From: Candidatus Eremiobacteria bacterium
Lineage (GTDB): Bacteria > Vulcanimicrobiota > Vulcanimicrobiia > Vulcanimicrobiales > Vulcanimicrobiaceae
Assembly: GCA_963758295.1 (NCBI GenBank)
Contig: CAVWUU010000004.1
Span: 352,001-416,000 of the forward strand
DNA: 64,000 nucleotides
Direction: 5' to 3'
The translations under genes and the position numbers were made by a program. This document shows positions 58,862-64,000 of this stretch, piece after piece. Under the pieces are notes generated by a model. That model searched no databases, had not been told where the DNA came from, and saw only the letters and a list, made by a program, of their open reading frames with translations. Within the stretch, counting starts at the first letter, position 1. Each line of letters begins with the position of its first letter.

Positions 58862-60247
58862 ATGACGGTGAGTGCTATTACGCGTGACAGCGTAGAGCCT
58901 GAAGATGTTGCGATCCTCTCGTCGTTCATCCTGACGGCAACCTTCTGGCTGCTGCTCGCAACGGCAGTCGGACTGCTTCTGAGTTTCAAGTTCCCATATC
59001 CCGATTGGGCGGCGAATCCGTTGCTGTCGTTCGGACGCTTGCGTGCTATTCATACAAACGGAACATTTTACGGATGGGCTTCGATCGCGCTTTCCGGCGC
59101 CGCCATTTACGTCGCTGCGCGCACTTCCGGCATCGCGATCGCCGGCAAGCGCTTCGCGTGGCTCAGTTTGATTCTCTATAACGTGGCGGCCATCTGCGGA
59201 ACGATAACGCTGGACCTTGGCATGAACTACGGCGATCAAGAGTATCGCGAATGGATCTGGTGGGTGAAGCTCATCTTCCTCGCGGCCGTGTTTTTCAGTG
59301 GTTTGACGGTCGTACGCACGGTCGATGCAACGGGTCGAAAGCGAGATCTACATTTCCAACTGGTATACGATCGGCGGTTTCGTTTTCACGATTATCCTTA
59401 GCATCGTAGCCTTCATTCCGACGTACCAAAACGGCTTAGGGCAAGTCGCCGTTCAGGCGTATTTCATGCACAACGCCGTCGGAATGTGGTTCACGTTTCT
59501 CGCCCTCGGCGTTACCTATTACGTCTTACCGAAGCTCTTGAACCGGCCGATCTATTCATACGCACTTGGCGTGCTCGGTTTTTGGACGAACCTCGTCTTT
59601 TATCCGGTCATCGGCGCGCATCATTACGAGTACACGCCGCTGCCATGGTGGTTCCAGACCCTAGCCATCGTCTTTAGCGTCGGCATGCTCGTCCCGGTTT
59701 GGGCGGGCACCGCGAACTTTGCGCTGACGATGCGCGGGCATGGCGAGGCGATCCGGCGATCGTACGCATTGCCGTTCATCGTTGTCGGCGTGGCCTATTA
59801 TTTCTTGGGTTCGACGCAAGGAACGATCGAAGCGTTTCGGAGTCTTCAGGCGATCTGGCATTTGACGAATTATACGGTCGGGCATTCGCACGCCACGATG
59901 TATGGATTCATAACGTTTCTCGCGTGGGGCGGAATTTATGCGCTCTTGCCGCGCGCGACCGGAAAACAGCCGAATCGCATCGCGACCGGCTGCATTTCTG
60001 GTTTGCGACTATCGGCGTGACGTTTTACGTGCTTTCGCTTTCCGTCGCGGGCACGGTGCAAGGACTCACCTGGGCGGCGGGTAATCCGTTTATCGCATCG
60101 GTCGATGCCGCAGCGCCCTACTGGGCGGGACGCGCCGTGGCCGGCTCGTTGATGTTCCTTGCGCATTTGCTCTTTGCATACAACGTGTTATTTAATGACA
60201 CTCGGCACGTCGCGCGTGAGTTCGAAATGGGAGACGCCCGCGCGTAA
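58862..60247 (+). pseudogene. ccoN: cbb3-type oxidase subunit I-like, two frameshifts
   Basis: FGRLRAIHTN, EYRE, HNAVG, GAHH, GHSH; frame switches near 59325 and 59985. Confidence 0.8.
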
Positions 60248-60262
60248 GGCGGCGGCCGAAGG

Positions 60263-60845
60263 ATGAATCGCGGCATGAACAACGTTTGGAGCCTCGTTGC
60301 AGCCTGCGCGCTGATTTACGGCAGCATTAGCAATCTTGATGGGCGTCGTTCCCGGTATCGTCCTTTCGCAAAGTGCGCCGGCGCCGGGGCTGCGGCCGCT
60401 GAACGCGCAGGAGCAGCATGGACGCGAAATATACGTCGGCGAAGGGTGCGCCTATTGCCACACGCAGAACGTGCGGCCGCTGCAGCAAGATTTGGTCTTT
60501 GGGCGTCCTTCGATTGCGGGCGATTACGCGTACTCCACGCCGCAACTCCTAGGCACCGAACGAACCGGTCCGGACTTGAGCAACATCGGCGCACGGCAGC
60601 CGAGCGAAGTTTGGCAATATTTGCATTTGTGGAATCCGCGTTCGGTGGTCAACGCTTCGATCATGCCCCGATACCCGTGGCTTTTCATCGTTAAGGAGAA
60701 AGCCGATCCGCAAGACACCGTTGTTGCTGTTCCGGCTGCGTACGCGCCCGCGCATGGTGTTGTTGTAACGACGTCGGATGTACGCGATCTAGTAGCATAC
60801 CTCAAGGCACTCAAACAAGTGTCGCTGACGGCAGGCAAACAATGA
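60263..60845 (+). pseudogene. ccoO: cbb3-type oxidase subunit II, one frameshift near 60330
   Basis: GREIYVGEGCAYCHTQ, GTERTGPDL, SIMP.YPWL. Confidence 0.82.
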
Positions 60846-61015
60846 ACGGAATGTCCATGCAGCCGCCTCACGGCGATGCCTTCGGCTGGATTGTAATAGC
60901 CGCCGGCACGCTGGCAACGGTCTGGACGATCGCCGCGGCAATTTACTGGACGGCAAGGCCGGGTGAACAAAGCGCCGACCATCCGAAACGCTTGATTCTA
61001 AAAGACGATCGATGA
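60842..61015 (+). CDS. 57-aa single-TM accessory protein (CcoS/CcoQ-like position); absent from the ORF track
   Basis: MNGMSMQPPHGDAFGWIVIAAGTLATVWTIAAAIYWTARPGEQSADHPKRLILKDDR; ATGA overlaps at both ends. Confidence 0.65.
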   Translation: MNGMSMQPPHGDAFGWIVIAAGTLATVWTIAAAIYWTARPGEQSADHPKRLILKDDR

Positions 61016-61895
61016 TGCAAGATTCCGGATTAACGCCGAACGAACCGGTCTCCGTTACGCTCTTCCTCGACGAGTCGATAGAACCGTTCGCGACTTACAA
61101 GCCGCCGGCGGTCTTCCGGCTCGATACGACAACCTTGGCGGACGGCGAGCATTGGCTGCGCATTCAAGCGGTCGACGCCGTGGGACACGTTGGTGTGCGC
61201 CGCATCCCGTTCATCGTTTCGAATGGTCCCGGCATCACCGTGACCGGGCTACGCGCGGGCTCGCGAGTGCGGGGCGAAATCGAAGTCAACGTCAACGCTT
61301 TCGGATCCGAGGAACCGTTCGATCCGATACGAGCCGAATCCGAAGGGCCCGTCCCGGTATGGACCTGGGTTTTCTTTGCGATTATCGCCACGTGGGCGGC
61401 CTGGTATGGAATCGAGTACTTCAAGACGCCCGAAGCGTTCGCAAAAACTGCCGACGTACGCGGTGAATCCGGCTCTTGCCGCCGCTAACGCGCCCGCAGC
61501 ACAGATCGGCGCCCGCAACCCAGGCGCCGGTGGGCAAGAACGCGGCGCTCGGAAGCAAGAACGTCGCCGCCTTCGACTATGCGTCGCTTGGCATGCAAAC
61601 CTATGCTGCAAATTGCCAATCCTGCCACGGCGACGGCGGCGCGGGCGTCCCTGGAACGTTTCCGCCGCTGGCCGCCGATCCGGTCGTAAACGGCTCGGAC
61701 GGCGACGCTCAAGTGAAAATCGTGCTTCACGGATTGAGTGGGAAGACGATCGGCGGCACGCACTACGCCGCGCAAATGCCGCCGTTCGCGCAACTCAACG
61801 ACGCGCAGATTGCCGCGGTCATCGATCACGAACGCACGTCTTGGGGCAATAACGGCGCGCTCGTCACCCCGGATCAGGTGAAACGCGATCGCTAG
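61012..61895 (+). pseudogene. Membrane-anchored cytochrome c with N-terminal Ig-like domain, frameshifted near 61450-61500
   Basis: LDTTTLADGEH Ig-like strand, TM, CQSCH, FPPLA, MPPF. Confidence 0.75.
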
Positions 61896-61901
61896 CGGGC
61901 T

Positions 61902-62291
61902 CTATTTCCGCGATATGCCGCCTTGCACGGAGAGTTCCCACCGGTAACCATCGGGATCGTGAAACCACAACCCCATATTTTCCGAGCCCGGCGCCTCGGG
62001 ACCGATTTCGTCGCCGGGATCCTCGACGTCCACCTCATGCTTCTTCAATTCGTGCAAGGCTTCACGCAGCGTTTCCATGTCCGGAAGATGGAACGACATG
62101 TGACCCACGGTTTCGGGTGACGGCTCACCGCGTTGGAAAACAACCGTGACCTTGTCGTTCGTCAACCCGACGTAGTCGTCGCCCCGGAAAATCTCTTTGA
62201 GGTCGAAAATGCGGTTCCACCACTTCGCGGCCGCATCGGGGTCTTTCACTGCAAGTGAAAAGTGCCCGACGGTTCCCAGAGCTATTTTCAT
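61902..62291 (-). CDS. VOC/glyoxalase family protein
   Basis: GHFSL.V.D, HMSF, DPDGYRWE. Confidence 0.88.
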   Translation of the reverse strand: MKIALGTVGHFSLAVKDPDAAAKWWNRIFDLKEIFRGDDYVGLTNDKVTVVFQRGEPSPETVGHMSFHLPDMETLREALHELKKHEVDVEDPGDEIGPEAPGSENMGLWFHDPDGYRWELSVQGGISRK

Positions 62292-62794
62292 GGGGCCTCC
62301 AGCATGTATCGAAGCAAATCGCGCCGGTATGCACGCACGACGCGGTCGAAGCGCATGCCCAGGTGATTTGCAATCTTGATGGAGGCACTGTTCCCGGGAT
62401 CAATCAGCGCGCAAACGCTCAAGATGTGCGCTTGCGAAAAAGCGTACTCCAGCACCGCGCCCGCCGCTTCTTTCGCGTAGCCCTTACCGCGCGCCGACGC
62501 CTTGAATACCCATTCGATTTCGATGTCGCCGCCTAAGTCCCGCACCCGCGACAACCCGGCCGCGCCCACGAGAGAATGCGAGGCCTTTTCGATGACGGGC
62601 CAAACGCCGAATCCTTCGCGTTCGTCCTTTTCTACGAGCCGCCGAACGTAAGCGTCAACCCCGCCCGGCTCAAGCAAGCCGCGAATGTAGAAATGCTGTG
62701 ACTCCTTATCGGTAAATACCTCGATCGCGTCGTGCAAATCCGACGGAAGCATCCACGTGCGAAGCAGCAGGCGATCCGTTTCGATGAAGCTCAC
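62288..62794 (-). CDS. GNAT (RimJ/RimL-like) acetyltransferase
   Basis: IETDRLLLR, RGKGYAKEA, N.AS..LGM. Confidence 0.88.
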   Translation of the reverse strand: MSFIETDRLLLRTWMLPSDLHDAIEVFTDKESQHFYIRGLLEPGGVDAYVRRLVEKDEREGFGVWPVIEKASHSLVGAAGLSRVRDLGGDIEIEWVFKASARGKGYAKEAAGAVLEYAFSQAHILSVCALIDPGNSASIKIANHLGMRFDRVVRAYRRDLLRYMLEAP

Positions 62795-63966
62795 GGCGAA
62801 AGCGCGCCGGAATTTTGCAGCATCTGCAGCACGCGCGCATCCGGCAAACCGTACACGACGGAACCTCCGCGCCCGGACATCGTCCTCGCTTCGAACAAGG
62901 CGTCGTAAATGGCCGCCTGCGTCGCTTCGGCTGTCGCACGATAAAGAGCGTTGAGCGTTGCGTCATCTTCAACGATACGTTTTGCCGGCGCTACGACATC
63001 GTAGCTGCTCGTTCGATCGAACACGTACCCCGTTGAAAATGCCAGAAATAAATCGCCGCTTCCAACGTCGGACGTAAGCCCGGTACGACCCATGCCCAAA
63101 CCGGCCCGCAGCGCAATTGCGCGCAATTGACGGTTGTCCAACGGCGCATCGGTTGCAATAACGATGATAATGCTGCCCGATTCCATGCGTCCGCGCAACG
63201 ATGCTTCGGAAACACGTTTGGGGTACGTCATCTGCTCTTCGTTGCGCAGTTTGTGCCCGACGGGAACACCCACGATCGTCAATGCGTCGCGCGAACTTCC
63301 GGTATTGTCGTTGACCAGCACGCCGACGTGGTACCCGCCCAATTTCGCAGGCAGCAGGCGCGACGCGGAGCCAATGCCGGCTTTGAAACCGAATGCACGC
63401 ATACCCGTCCCGGCGCCGACGCTACCGCGCGCGAATTGTGCACCGGACGCCGCGTTCAACATCGCCACGATGTCTGATTGCCGTACGGCGCGCGCTTGAA
63501 TGTCGTTGAGCATTTGATCGTCGCACTCGGCTACCACGGGCAGCGGAACGTCGTCCGTTCGCCCGACTTCCGGGTGGCGGCGTATAACCCAGTCAATGAC
63601 GCCGTCGTCTGCCAATCCCACATTTAGGGTGTTTGTGAGGACGATTGGGACTTCCAGGTACCCCGCGGTGTTCACCCAATGGCTCCCGGTCATTTCGCCG
63701 TTGCCGTTGAAATCAAACTCTGCGGCCGAAACCTTGTGATTCCACGGATCGGAATTCGGCAAGATAGCGGTTGCGCCCGTGCGGATGCTCGTGCCCTCGA
63801 CTTTAGTCACATGAGCCACGAGGACGCCCGGGACGTCGGTGATTCCATCAAGCGCTCCGCTTGGGAATACTCCAAAGTGAAAAGGCAGAACCGCCCGAGC
63901 CGGCTGCGATAAGGCCAGTAGGGCCGTAAGGAGCGCGGCTAGGCCCAGGTGGGAACGCTTCGACAT
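62791..63966 (-). CDS. Secreted P1/S58 (DmpA-like) peptidase
   Basis: ITDVPGV, NGNGEMTG, GSVGAGTGM, GSIIIVIATDAPL, SGD. Confidence 0.92.
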   Translation of the reverse strand: MSKRSHLGLAALLTALLALSQPARAVLPFHFGVFPSGALDGITDVPGVLVAHVTKVEGTSIRTGATAILPNSDPWNHKVSAAEFDFNGNGEMTGSHWVNTAGYLEVPIVLTNTLNVGLADDGVIDWVIRRHPEVGRTDDVPLPVVAECDDQMLNDIQARAVRQSDIVAMLNAASGAQFARGSVGAGTGMRAFGFKAGIGSASRLLPAKLGGYHVGVLVNDNTGSSRDALTIVGVPVGHKLRNEEQMTYPKRVSEASLRGRMESGSIIIVIATDAPLDNRQLRAIALRAGLGMGRTGLTSDVGSGDLFLAFSTGYVFDRTSSYDVVAPAKRIVEDDATLNALYRATAEATQAAIYDALFEARTMSGRGGSVVYGLPDARVLQMLQNSGALSP

Positions 63967-64000
63967 GGGGCGTCCATTGGAAGCTATTTTACGGAGGGCC

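Overview
GC-rich bacterial chromosome segment. The mix of cdaA-cdaR-glmM, a c-di-AMP riboswitch, a secretin-containing pilus operon and a type E SDH suggests a diderm Terrabacteria member such as Ca. Eremiobacterota; this is inference only. Core genes: tRNA-Gln, glmM/cdaR/cdaA, rsgA, rpsT, priA, aroCKB, thyX, ftsAZ, ftsQ, dnaE with a 316-aa intein, and sdhAB plus a CCG-domain subunit. Accessory content: a 13-gene type IV pilus-like operon with an embedded SigB/F-type sigma factor and a CcdA-like protein, an ECF sigma/anti-sigma/ABC module, a two-component system, an MCP, a GGDEF protein and a cbb3-like oxidase cluster. Top leads: (1) a small basic ORF (57030-56800, minus) with an intrinsic terminator inside its reading frame, the architecture of the ArfA/BrfA ribosome-rescue factors; (2) a 189-bp tandem array of hairpin-interrupted tRNA-Gln copies; (3) a HisD homologue lacking catalytic residues inside a dnaE-ftsQ operon; (4) a shared ECF promoter motif linking an orphan M56 protease to the ECF module. 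Frameshifts in pilT and across 57-62 kb are probably assembly indels. Family calls come from motif recognition by eye, not database searches.
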